A stretch of DNA of 63,656 bases, filler included, from Octopus bimaculoides (Eukaryota), in the NCBI RefSeq assembly GCF_001194135.2. It is 5 parts of 4 records of this genome, joined end to end, with 100 filler letters (N's around TTAATTAATTAA, not from the genome) between each part and the next. Parts side by side here need not be neighbours in the genome. Positions count along the whole stretch, not along the records: positions 22,740 to 33,055 come from NC_068990.1; positions 33,156 to 37,333 come from NC_068983.1; 3 more parts are not named here. One strand, 5' to 3'. Positions within the stretch are counted from its first letter, which is position 1, and each line of letters begins with the position of its first letter. Below the pieces are notes generated by a model. That model was not told where the DNA came from. It saw nothing but the letters and a program-made list of their open reading frames with translations, and ran no database searches. The position numbers and the translations under genes were made by a program. This document shows, piece after piece, positions 24,223 through 36,764 of the stretch.

Positions 24223-24651
24223 TTTACACAGATAATGCGTAATTACAAATACATATATATATATATANNNNNNNNNNNNNNNNNNNNNNNNNNNNNNNNN
24301 NNNNNNNNNNNNNNNNNNNNNNNNNNNNNNNNNNNNNNNNNNNNNNNNNNNNNNNNNNNNNNNNNNNNNNNNNNNNNNNNNNNNNNNNNNNNNNNNNNNN
24401 NNNNNNNNNNNNNNNNNNNNNNNNNNNNNNNNNNNNNNNNNNNNNNNNNNNNNNNNNNNNNNNNNNNNNNNNNNNNNNNNNNNNNNNNNNNNNNNNNNNN
24501 NNNNNNNNNNNNNNNNNNNNNNNNNNNNNNNNNNNNNNNNNNNNNNNNNNNNNNNNNNNNNNNNNNNNNNNNNNNNNNNNNNNNNNNNNNNNNNNNNNNN
24601 TATATATATATATATATATATGTATTTGTAATTACGCATTATCTGTGTAAA

Positions 24652-24707
24652 TCTCACTGATGAGGCAGAATATATTTTTATACAGAGCCAGAAATCCGGA
24701 TCTGGGA
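24652..24707 (+). ncRNA. Minimal type-I hammerhead ribozyme motif
   Basis: TCTCA-CTGATGA-GGC...GCC-A-GAAA-T-CCGG-ATC-TGGGA. All conserved core nucleotides are present. Confidence 0.7.
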
Positions 24708-25018
24708 TTATCCAATAATTTTTTTACTAGTTTATTTGTCTATTTGTCTTTTCAATTTTTTGCTAGTTTATTTGTTTTTTCACCTTGTGCTGTATGAATA
24801 CATGAAGTGGTTTTGGAGTAAGGTTTGACTGCTATCTCTAGCATGGTGGTAACTCTAGGACACCCTTAATTATAGTTTTAATAATAATTAATACCTGTAA
24901 GGTTTTTATACCCATACTGGTCACATGATATCATCAGTATTTTAAATAACGATCTTATCCTTATTTATATAAAACATTATATATATATAAAATATAATTG
25001 CCAACTAAATGTGGTGAT

Positions 25019-25466
25019 CCCATAGAAGACGATACTACTGTTTTGTTTTTTTTTAGCCCAGGAGGACATCTCCTCCAGTTGGATAACGACACACTGTCTG
25101 TGTCCGATTACTATTTGCGAGGGTAAATCATCTTTCCCATCTCTAGCCTTACGTGATACACACAGACCTTGGTGTCTGGGTAGTAACCTGTTGTTAGTGT
25201 GTGATGATCACAAGCAATAATGTAACCTCATTCCACACGCAAAATGCTGTATGCTTTTTCCGAGTTTTCATCACTAACTCGTGTTTATCACCCACTGATG
25301 ACGGGTTACTACCCAGAAACCCGGCTCTGTGTGTATCACGTAAGGCCAGAGATTGGAACGATGATTTCCCCGCAAAGACTAATCGGACACAGACAGTGTG
25401 TCGTTAGCAAGCCGGGGGATATGTCCTCGTGGGGCTAAAAACAATAGTATCATCGTCGTTTATGGG
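25019..25466. repeat. Head-to-head inverted pair (~185-bp arms) of a second hammerhead-bearing terminus
   Basis: AACGACACACTGTCTGTGTCCGATTA and CCTTACGTGATACACACAGA in the left arm are exact reverse complements of segments in 25287-25466. Spacer about 80 bp. Confidence 0.92.
25291..25331 (+). ncRNA. Minimal hammerhead motif with one mutation next to the cleavage site; decayed partner at 25161-25201 (-)
   Basis: CCCA-CTGATGA-C-GGGT tact ACCC-A-GAAA-C-CCGG-CTC-TGTG. The partner reads CACA-CTAACAA-C-AGGT tact ACCC-A-GACA-C-CAAG-GTC-TGTG. Confidence 0.6.
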
Positions 25467-26436
25467 GCTGCTACATTTAGTTAGTTATATTTTACGATTC
25501 CGTACTGCTACTGTTTACTTCTCGCTTAGCGATTTAATGTTGTCTATATATATATATATATATATATACACTTGTATTATAAGATATGGATTCAGACAAT
25601 CATGTGGCTAGCCCAGAAAGCTCCCCTTACGGACTCACCGTACAATCCACATAGTAAATTTAGTATATAGAATTATAGCGTAGAGTGTCAATCGAGATGA
25701 GGAGTTTATAAACCATAAATCCTAGGATTTATAAGAAGTGAATATATATTTATTTAACAACGTGACATTCCTAGGCTTACACCCGTTTCTCAAACTTCTA
25801 GAGACAGGGGACATAGAGAATAGTAATCCTAACAATATTTGACCAATGTAAGTGATAATGGAGATATTTATTAGTTCATGCTAAAAATGTAGCATGATAC
25901 TTAGTTTTCAAAATCCCACAAGTCAACTTCAAGAATGTTTATCGCAAAAATTCCTACTCCATTACTGGCCAATTCAAATAGACAGAGGAGGTATATAGAA
26001 CCAAGGTATTCGCTAGATAATTATTTAGGTTATGATAGAAATGTCATTTGATCATTATCAAATATAAATATTAAGAAAGAGCAGAAGACAAACACATAAT
26101 GAGAATCGGGAAATAAAAGTCTTATATTATGTAAGAAAATATTCTATTTTCAAAGAATTATTTTCCTTAAAAAAATAAATATTCAAAATTAAAATTCTTG
26201 TAATATGATTAAGATATGTTACGATAAACGAATAATAAAGTAAGAAATAGGTTAAACAATAAAAAATAAATTATTAGGTCAAATATAATAAAGTAAGAAA
26301 TAGGTTAAACAATAAAAAATAAACTATTAGGTCATTAAAATGTAAATTAACAAGTAATAACAATAATAAAAAATAATTACAGCAATTACAGGATTTTAAA
26401 AATAAAAGAATAACAACAATAACTCCAACGACAACA

Positions 26437-26502
<66 letters not shown>

Positions 26503-26511
26503 CAGTAGTAG

Positions 26512-26779
<268 letters not shown>

Positions 26780-26914
26780 AATAATTATTATAATAATAGT
26801 AATAATTAGAAGATTCAGATAACTAAAATAATTAGATAAAAATGGTAGATTAAATAGAAATTAGGGTAACTACTAAGTAATACAAATTGGATTAAATATA
26901 TTGAATATCCTGGA

Positions 26915-27260
26915 CTGAGAATGGCAAATCCTGTATATTATGGTAGGGTGAATAGAGAGCACACGCCTCGGTAAAAATGCCAGATATTACAGGATTGATG
27001 GGTTGAGCGGAGGTGTAATCAGCCACACCCGTAAAAATTGAGTTGATTACTGATTACAGAAAATGCATCAGTCCAAAACTTAGTTCAAAACCTAGTTCAA
27101 AACCTAGTTGTATAGGGTGCTGGAACATAAGAACAATGCTTACTGCAGCCAAGGCAGCTCATGTTGTCCGTGTGACGGAGAGGTATAAACTAGACGTGCT
27201 AGTCATGAGTGACATCAGATTAAAAGGACCAATGACGGGCAAATGAGACGGAAAGGGTGG
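26915..27260 (+). mobile_element. RTE-clade LINE 5' end (UTR plus start of the apurinic endonuclease)
   Basis: IGCWNIRTMLTAAKAAHVVRVTERYKLDVLVMSDIRLKG matches the RTE APE pattern (I/V)GTWNVRT......E..RY..D.LG.SE.RW.G. Confidence 0.7.
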
Positions 27261-27529
27261 TGAATGAGTCTAAAACAGTGGCAGAAAACAGAGCTGGTTA
27301 AAAAGATCGCATCGCGGCATTGCGCTCCGTGGTACGGAGAGAACTAACTAACACTAAACAGTATGCCATTTACTTGCAGAGGTTTTAACGGTTCTTCTAT
27401 GTAAATCTGTACATCTTAACAAAGTGGTTACACTAATATCTATTTCAGCTAATTACTTATCGAATTATTTTGGTTACCTTAAGTTTTTCATCATTAATAA
27501 TATTTTTATTTTTTGTAGTTGGTAATATT

Positions 27530-27579
<50 letters not shown>

Positions 27580-27597
27580 CATTATTGCTGTTGTTGT

Positions 27598-27675
<78 letters not shown>

Positions 27676-27685
27676 TAGTATTAGT
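27530..27685. repeat. Compound trinucleotide microsatellite (ATT)n-(AGT)n-(AGC)n
   Basis: Read directly from the sequence. Confidence 0.95.
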
Positions 27686-27999
27686 GGGGGGTTACTATTT
27701 CTATTTTAACTTTTTATAATTCTATAATTAGTTTAATTATTAATATCAATTTTAATATATTTTCACTACTTTAAAAAAATTTTTTTTTTTTTAATATTTC
27801 ATATTTTATTTTTATCTCAATTTTGCCATCTTTATTGTAATCATGTTACAATTATTTTAAATTTCATTATTTCTTCTCAGAAAAATAATTCTTTTAAAAT
27901 AGAATATCTTTCCTAGTAAATAGTATATTTTTTATTCACCTCTAGAAATCTCATTAATGGCTTTTGTTTCCTACTTGTAGATAATATTAATATTTAATA

Positions 28000-28200
28000 A
28001 GGCGACAAACTCGCAAACTGGTTAGCACGCCCGTCAAAATGCTTAGCGGCAATTCGTCCGTCTTTCTCTTGAGACCAAAATTGACATTCATCCTTTCAGG
28101 GCCGATAAAATAAGTACCTGTTGAACACTGAAATCGAGGTAATCGACTTATCTCTTCCCTAAAATAGGTGGTTTGTACCAAAATTTGAAACCAATGTTTA
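28000..28200 (+). mobile_element. SINE family 2, degenerate copy with head
   Basis: GTTAGCACGCCCGTCAAAATGCTTAGCGGCAATTCGTCC..CATCCTTTCAGGGCCGATAAAATAAGTACC. Confidence 0.8.
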
Positions 28201-28741
28201 TATATAATACTGATCAAATGACATTTCCAACGTAACCTAAATAATTTCCTACAGAATATTTTTCTTCTACACACCTCCACTATTTATTTCAATTGACTAG
28301 GAATAGATTAAGCGGGTAGGAAGTTTTGCTATGAATATTCTTCAGTTTCACGGGTAGGGTTTAGGAAACTAAGTATCATATTTTATTTCTAGCCTGACCT
28401 GATAAATATTATTCCTAAAAACGTTTGCTTTTGCTATAAAATCTCTCTAAACCTTATACTGATCAAATATCGTTAGCTTTACAACTATCTCCCACAAAAT
28501 ATTCTCTGTCCTAGGCTTTGTCGTAAGAATATAATAAAGATAGAAAGGTGTTCAATTTCTCAATCTCTGTAAAATCATAGTCGATCAACTATGGGATAGA
28601 TTATGCATAATTATTGCGTCACAGAATTTTGAAATGTTAGCTTATCTCAAACGTGCGTAAGCGAATAATTCTCCGTCCTCTATGTGTTGATATATGCGTG
28701 TACGCGCACGCACACACACACACGCACACACATACATATAG

Positions 28742-28966
28742 TTGAAATTTACAGAAAAACAAAAGACGAAGACAGGTGTATGAACGTGTATGAACAACAA
28801 GCAGGTGTATTAGTTTGACGCTCGGGAAAGTGAGAAAGTATTTTACGTTTCGAGCCTACGTTCTTCAACAGAAAGGAATACGGGAAAATAAACAGAGAGA
28901 GAATAAAAAACTTGTGGATTTAACGGTCAAGCATGACGACTGATTGAAAGAAGGGGAGATAATAAA
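28742..28966 (-). mobile_element. PLE terminal repeat fragment, second copy of 1-241
   Basis: TTTTACGTTTCGAGCCTACGTTCTTCAACAGAAAGGAA is the exact reverse complement of the motif at 111-148. Confidence 0.65.
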
Positions 28967-31900
28967 GTATTGGTGATGCCAAAACGAAGGTACGCGTGCG
29001 TGTGTGTATGTGAGAAGGTGTAGGTGACTTTGACGTGTTTGGATGTGTGCGTGTGTAAGTGTGTGCGTCTGTAACATATGGGTGTGTGGATGATGGTGTG
29101 TGGTGTGGATGCTGGGGAATGGTCCTTGCTAGTGTGTGTGCAGTGATGTGGGGTGGTGTGATGGGTTGTGGGGTGGTGTGATGTGGTGTGATGTCATGTG
29201 GGATTATCGCAGAGGAGCTAAATTTGAGGTAAGTAGATTTCGGTTGTATATTTGTGAATGTGTGAGTGCATTAGAGATTGTATGTGTGTTTGTGTTCGTG
29301 TATGTGCGTTTGCTTTTTATAAGGAAGGGTAATCAATAAAAAACATATCTCGAGTTTTAAATAAAACACGAAATCGAAATGTGCTTGATAGCGATAAGAA
29401 TTGTGAATATTAGCTATGGAAATGAAACCTAGAGTTTTACGTCAAGACTTTGAAACTCTTAGGACAAAATGTGGGGATAATAAAGACTAGAATTGTATGG
29501 TGGGGTGTGTGTGTGCGCGTGTGTGTTTTATGTATATATGTATATTCAAATATANNNNNNNNNNNNNNNNNNNNNNNNNNNNNNNNNNNNNNNNNNNNNN
29601 NNNNNNNNNNNNNNNNNNNNNNNNNNNNATATATATATATCTGTATCTATGTATATATATGTATGTATATATACATATATATATGTATATATTTACACAC
29701 TCTCACATCAACCTATAGTTACAAATTCATACAAGCACACGTGTGTATAATGTGTATATGGATGTGCATGCGTGTTACTGAGTTGTTCTTAGAAGGAAAG
29801 AGATTTGCTCTGTAACCTCTATTGGAGCCTAAATAATCGCTTAGAGACGATGAAAACATTTAAACAGCGTTAACTCATATTCATTATTACTTTCTTATGT
29901 AATAAAAATTTACGACAGTGTTTGTACTGAAAAGTACAAGTTATTACAAAGAGGTAATGATGATCTAAAATCTTCGGTACTGCTATCAACGCCATCTTTT
30001 ATGGATGACCCTAATGCTTTCTTTGTAATTTTATTCAATCTTTATTGAATAATGCATTCATTGTCAATAGAAACCAGATGCAAGCAAAATTTTCCTACAG
30101 CTTTTGGCGGACCTAATCCATCAATGCGGATTGCATGCATAATAGAAAAGCCTTCAAAATTTGTCCGTAATGCAAGGTCTGATTAAGTAGTTCCGTTTCG
30201 AAAGTAGGATGAATCGGATTTCTACGATTAAGGGGAACTCAACGAAAATGCACATAACCATATCTACGCGGTGCTCTTCAACGATGCCTAGACTGCATTG
30301 AGTTCTCAAAGTCTCGACAAGGATTAACTGGCATTTAAAATGGCAGTTTAACAAGAGGATTCAAAGAGTGATGCTGCAAATATGGCCTTTCCAAAACTTT
30401 TATAGCCATTCTAAATGCTTAAAATCACGAAATACCCTTAGGAAAGGTGAGGAAAAAAGAATAAGAATTATGTGCGAACAAATTCCCGTGAGAGTGACTT
30501 AGTCACTTGCCATGATTTACAATAATTAGTTTGCACTATGCAACTGCTAGTCATCAAATACCTTTAACATTGCGGATACTGGAGAGTCAAATTGCAAAAC
30601 AACACGCTACATGATGCGATAGATTTCTATAAATCCTATTGATTTTACGGGTCAGGCAATAGTTTTAGCATATGAAAGCAATGAAGTAGGAAAAAAGTTA
30701 CTTTGATGTCAATAACAAATATAGATATGAAAGTGATTGTAGATGCCCTGCAGAATAAATGGGATGACCTGAGACATATAATTCATAGAAGCAAGCGAGA
30801 TATAGTGACGAAAGAAATTTGGAAATTCGCTAGCTTAAGAAAGAGTAACATGCAAGTTAGGTGTAGCGGTGAGAAGCCAATGAGCATGCGTAGTATTGCA
30901 TGGAGGATGGCTGAGCAAAGAAACTAATGAGGCTGTTATTTCTCCTAAGTGAGAAGTACATGTTTCTTTTACCGAGGAACATTAAGTGCTTGGGATTGTT
31001 TAACACTGTTCAATATTATCGGAGAGGAAACCGTACATCTTCATTAAGTATATCCAAGTAGTATGAAGCCAGTAGATGTTTGGCAGTATAATCGAGTATT
31101 AAATAGTCTTACTGGTGCGCTAAAATAGCAATACAGCAACATCAATATTATGAGAATAAGCACCAACTGCACCCATTTGTTTTCCACGAAGTGGATGAAA
31201 ACAAGCAACACAGGATAGTGAACAAACGAAAGTTAAGAATCAGACTGATCAACAGTGTTAATTACTGAAAAGTATAAGCAACTTTGAAGAGAATGTTTGT
31301 ATTCTAATGCTATACTAGAATATCGAAGAAACGCCTTGATGTTATGGCATGCTGTGAATCGACAAAAAGTGCGTAACTGTTGCGTTAAGGATAACTTAAG
31401 AACATAACATCAAGCAGATATATGAAAATATGAAAGGAAAAGTACAATATATGAAGGATAAGTCGCCGTGTGCAGCACGGCTTTGCCAGTGTCACTCTCT
31501 TACAGTGTCCGTTTTAGCCCTCCTTGTAAAAATAAAAAAAGAACAACGGCAAGACTGTCATGGGTTGGTAGACTGAAACACAATGTCTTACATTGCAAGA
31601 AATATACTTAAGATGGATAACAGGGTGATGATTCATGAACAGCCGAAGGAAGCAGAGATTTCTTCCTCCTATACATATATCGGCAAAGTCATTTGAGAAA
31701 AGGGCAAACCTAGGAGCAAACCAGTCACAGACAAGTAAAACGAGTTAAACAGGTAAACAAAGTAGCCGCTGCCTTGTGGAAGTATTTACGACTATTCTGA
31801 AGAGTTTTGATGATTGTGTGGATAAAAGTAAAGCAAATGAGGTAGAATGAACTGCAAATAATTCGCATAACTTCAATAATTGGAGAGAGTGACATTATAA

Positions 31901-32244
31901 GAATCTATTGAAATTATTGCGATCTCCAGCTGATCTCTGATTACAGGAATATCCCACTGTGCACATTGTAATATACAATATAGAGAAAAAACGATATTAT
32001 AATTAAATATCATTGTCTATTACAAAATTCCAAACACCTGATCAGTAATAATGCTTTATATGTATCTCTATAGATGTATCTTTGTGTATATTATGATGTA
32101 AATATATACATTTACATATATATATATATATACATATGTGTGTGTGTGTGTGTGTGCAAGCTTGTGTGTGTGTGTGGATGTATATGTAAACAAACATAAG
32201 TATATGCGTGTATATCTATTTCAGTATACGTATCTATCTATCTA

Positions 32245-32307
<63 letters not shown>

Positions 32308-33155
32308 TATATGTATAAGTATATGTATATATAGATATGTATGTGTATATATGCATATATGTATATATTGTATGTATATATATGTGTGTGTGTGTATGTG
32401 TGTGTGTGTATATGTATAATATAGAGATATTATTATTATTATTACAGAAATTATTATTAAAGAAATTATTGCAAACTTCTTTCAGGGCATCTTTCACCAT
32501 AATTGTGTTTTAGAACAAGAAAAGTTAAAACCATCTTCACACACAGGTTCGCTCAAAGGTGTCATATACATTGTATACTTATAAACTACTCATATGCCTT
32601 GTATATTTCTTTGCATACTAATATCTAAATCTGGTAAAACTTAGCACAACCAAATTAAATATAATGCACATGTGCGCGTATTGTATATACGTCTATTTGT
32701 ATGCAGACATATCTATATCTCTCTCTCCATTTCTTTTCCTCTCACCGTTTCGTTTTCCTGTCTTGTTTTCCGTCCGCCACTATCCTCCACGAACAAATTT
32801 TAATTTGTGTTCGTGGGAAGAGCCATTTTAATGATGCGTCCTGCCCTAACTCTTCGAAACGCCTGTGTTTTAATGGTGGCAGCTGATGAAGGATATGTTC
32901 TCTATGTGGCCTGCTTGTTTTTTGTACATTGTTTATCATTTTGTCCATGGTTTTTTGCAACGCCATGTACCCAGATATGTATCTATATGTACATGTAGAT
33001 GAAGGTATGTACATACATGTACATATATATGCATATACTCATATATTACATATATNNNNNNNNNNNNNNNNNNNNNNNNNNNNNNNNNNNNNNNNNNNNT
33101 TAATTAATTAANNNNNNNNNNNNNNNNNNNNNNNNNNNNNNNNNNNNNNNNNNNN

Positions 33156-33186
<31 letters not shown>

Positions 33187-33265
33187 AATATGTATATATT
33201 ATATATATATATTGATATAGAAATAGACATAGATATATATTAAACATATTACATATGTTCAACAT

Positions 33266-33432
33266 CGGCGAGCAGGTAAAACATCATGCCGGACAAAATG
33301 CTTAGCGGCAGTTCATCCAGCTTTACGTTCTGAGGTCGACTTTACCTTTAATCCTTTCGGGTCGATGAAATTGACCAGATACTTCTCTCCGCAAAAACAC
33401 ACACGCCTCGTACCTATAGTAGAAAAGATATA
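33266..33432 (+). mobile_element. SINE family 2, degenerate and internally deleted
   Basis: GGCGAGCAGG..AAAATGCTTAGCGGC..GAGGTCGACTTTACCTTTAATCCTTTCGGGTCGAT..TAGTAGAAAAGATATT. Confidence 0.75.
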
Positions 33433-33495
33433 TTATATATACTGCATAATATATACAATACATATACACTACGTAAATATATCTGAATGTTTCTA

Positions 33496-33542
<47 letters not shown>

Positions 33543-34576
33543 ACCAATATATGCATACATAGATATACATGCATCAAACATACATAAATGTATAGAGAGA
33601 GAGAGGGGAAGAGAGAGGTAATGTGTGCGTTTATATGTGTGTGTATAAAATGCAAAATATATTTTGTATATATATAAGAAGTATGTAATGTTTATTATAT
33701 ATTTAAACGTAATATATATGCATATGATATATATATAAATATAATGTACAATTACAGTAAAAATAAACAGAAAATATATAACATACGTTCTTATATCTCA
33801 GATATTATAAATATATATATTCAAATTTGGTGTTTGAAGCAGCTTAATAATGTTAACATTATCAATATCACATACCTTGTGTGTGTTAATAAACGCTACT
33901 AAATTGCGGTATTTCGTCTGAAGGAGATCCCTATAAAGATGTATCGTGTTAAAAATAACACAGCATAACCCAAAACTAGACGAAATGAAATCTCTCCGGA
34001 ATGAACGAGAATGACAGGCAATGATATTTCGCGGTTATTTTCCCTCTTCATTGTTACTTACTCCTCCACTTCAGAACGCCTCGCAATAGCCAGTTAGAGG
34101 TAAATATACAAATAGTGTAAGATTTATTTCCTGATGTGCAAAAGCGTCGCACAAAGAAGACAAAATTTAAACTATGTGTTACCAAGCAGTTCAATAATGT
34201 AAACATTATCAATATCACAAACTTCATGTATGCATATTAATAAACGTTAGAAAGCGGTGGTATTTCGTCATTTCGGAAGCGGAGGACGATGTGGTACTAA
34301 AGAGCGGAAATAACCGCGAATTATCGATATATTTTGCTCTAGTTCACTTCCGAGACTATTTCGTTTCAATTAGCTTTGAGATGTGCTGTTTTTCAACATG
34401 ATACGTCTTTAAAGGGGGTCTCTCTCAAACGAAATGTTGCAGATTTGTAGCATTTACCAACACACACATTAATTATGTGACCCTGATGATAAATACACAT
34501 ACACACACACATATATATGGATAGAAAGATATATTACACATAATCAATTGAGCTGGTGCATGTATAATTCAATAGA

Positions 34577-35791
34577 GGTACAGACAGGCAAACAAGTGGT
34601 ATCAGGTCAGATCGTGACATCTTATATATTTATACATTTTATATATTTATACATTGACACACATTGCGGGTAGAAATTGAATGTTGCAAGAGTCTAGATC
34701 ACAAGAGATCGATAAAAGATCGATTGAGGAATATTCGTTGTGATCGTGATGTATGCTGGTATTTTTCACAACTGCAATTCTACACATTGTCTCCTTCACA
34801 CCCTCACACTTGGTATCACCCTTCCTCCTTCATATCGGCTCTAGCCACATCCACAGACTCTGGACTTAGAGATATCTCGTCCACTATACTAGATTCCACC
34901 AATCTTCGTACTTTGTCATTCGATACGCTGACCCTCTTCCTTTAGGCTCATTTCTATGTATCTTCCACGATTCATATACCTTTATTACCTAGCGCAATGG
35001 CCCAGTGGTTAGGGCAGCGGACTCGCGGTCATAGGATCGCGGTTTCGATTCCCAGACCGGATGTTGTGAGTGTTTATTGAGCGAAAACACCTAAAGCTCC
35101 ACGAGGCTCCGGCAGGGAATGGTGGCGGATCCTGCTGTACTCTTTTACCACAACTTTCTCTCACTCTTACTTCCTGTTTCTGTTGTGCCTGTAATTCAAA
35201 GGGTCAGCCTTGTCACACTGTGTCACGCTGAATATCCCCGAGAACTACGTTAAGAGTACACGTGTTTGTGGAGTTCTCAGCCACTTGCACGTTAATTTCA
35301 CGAGCAGGCTGTTCCGTTGATCGGATCAACTGGAACTCTCGACGTCGTAAGCGACGGAGTGCCAACAGCAACAGTAACAGCAATTACCTAGCGAGATCCT
35401 AACTCAATTTTCCTCCGACGATGGAATAAATTGCCATTAAAACGCTGACTGCGGACTGCTCGCAGGAAATTACATCAACTGTGCATCTATTCTTCAAACA
35501 ACTATATGGACCAACCTGCACATCCTCTTCATTGTGCTCATCCAGCTTTGGATACCACTTACGATGACCTTCCGGAACCAACTATCTAATATCAATAATA
35601 CGGACTTATAACTGTTCCAGAACAATAGTAACATATATCACAACCATTGCGAACGATCCTCAACCGAACTTTTATCGATCTCTTGTGATCTAAACACGTG
35701 TAACATTCAATTTACCCTTTATGCTGTGTCCGTGTTTAAATAAATAAATGTCATAATCTGATCTGGTACCACTTATTTGCTTGTCTATACC
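34577..35791. mobile_element. Putative non-autonomous DNA transposon with long diverged TIRs (~34577-34740 and ~35650-35791)
   Basis: TAGATCACAAGAGATCGATAAAAG on the left is the exact reverse complement of CTTTTATCGATCTCTTGTGATCTA on the right. The outer ends GGTACAGACAGGCAAACAAGTGGTA and TACCACTTATTTGCTTGTCTATACC also match. Confidence 0.65.
34992..35382 (+). mobile_element. tRNA-derived SINE family 3, full length
   Basis: A box TGGCCCAGTGG, B box GGTTTCGATTCC, tRNA-Arg-like head, (AAC/AGC)n tail, TSD ATTACCTA at 34984-34991 and 35383-35390. Consistent with the tRNA-Arg-related OR-type SINEs described in Octopus, though not verified. Confidence 0.92.
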
Positions 35792-36714
35792 GTCATTCTA
35801 TTATACATACATACATATATACATACATACATACATACATACACACACACCTAAATATATATATATATATATATATATANNNNNNNNNNNNNNNNNNNNN
35901 NNNNNNNNNNNNNNNNNNNNNNNNNNNNNNNNNNNNNNNNNNNNNNNNNNNNNNNNNNNNNNNNNNNNNNNNNNNNNNNNNNNNNNNNNNNNNNNNNNNN
36001 NNNNNNNNNNNNNNNNNNNNNNNNNNNNNNNNNNNNNNNNNNNNNNNNNNNNNNNNNNNNNNNNNNNNNNNNNNNNNNNNNNNNNNNNNNNNNNNNNNNN
36101 NNNNNNNNNNNNNNNNNNNNNNNNNNNNNNNNNNNNNNNNNNNNNNNNNNNNNNNNNNNNNNNNNNNNNNNNNNNNNNNNNNNNNNNNNNNNNNNNNNNN
36201 NNNNNNNNNNNNNNNNNNNNNNNNNNNNNNNNNNNNNNNNNNNNNNNNNNNNNNNNNNNNNNNNNNNNNNNNNNNNNNNNNNNNNNNNNNNNNNNNNNNN
36301 NNNNNNNNNNNNNNNNNNNNNNNNNNNNNNNNNNNNNNNNNNNNNNNNNNNNNNNNNNNNNNNNNNNNNNNNNNNNNNNNNNNNNNNNNNNNNNNNNNNN
36401 NNNNNNNNNNNNNNNNNNNNNNNNNNNNNNNNNNNNNNNNNNNNNNNNNNNNNNNNNNNNNNNNNNNNNNNNNNNNNNNNNNNNNNNNNNNNNNNNNNNN
36501 NNNNNNNNNNNNNNNNNNNNNNNNNNNNNNNNNNNNNNNNNNNNNNNNNNNNNNATATATGATAAATACAAGTCTGTATCATTTGTTTTATATGTACGTT
36601 TCGCCATTGTAGATATATTTGCAATTTCTGCATTGGGTGTTCCAAGTACATTTAGATGCTGAACTACAACGGGTCATCAGGGAACACACACATCAAATGC
36701 TGTCTAGTCTAACG

Positions 36715-36764
<50 letters not shown>

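Larger units (their letters stand above)
24036..24868. repeat. Head-to-head inverted pair of a hammerhead-bearing PLE-type terminus around (TA)n and a gap
   Basis: 24036-24267 is the diverged reverse complement of 24601-24868, with substitutions and an internal duplication at about 24755-24780. Confidence 0.9.

Noticed and set aside
26235-26335. Short local tandem duplications (about 53 bp here; also about 30 bp at 6775-6835 and 23695-23755, and 15 bp at 48414-48445)
   Set aside because: Two-copy slippage-type duplications without spacers. They are not CRISPR-like and are unremarkable.
26915-27045. Possible HDV-like ribozyme in the RTE 5' UTR
   Set aside because: Such ribozymes are known in some RTE elements, but I could not assign the nested pseudoknot helices by eye.
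32780-32910. CTGATGAAGG preceded by CGAAACG and a small hairpin
   Set aside because: The order and pairing do not give a hammerhead fold. It is probably a decayed repeat end.
34992-35065. tRNA-like sequence with A and B boxes
   Set aside because: No acceptor stem closes, and it continues into a 390-bp repeat body with a tail and TSD. It is a SINE head, not a tRNA gene.
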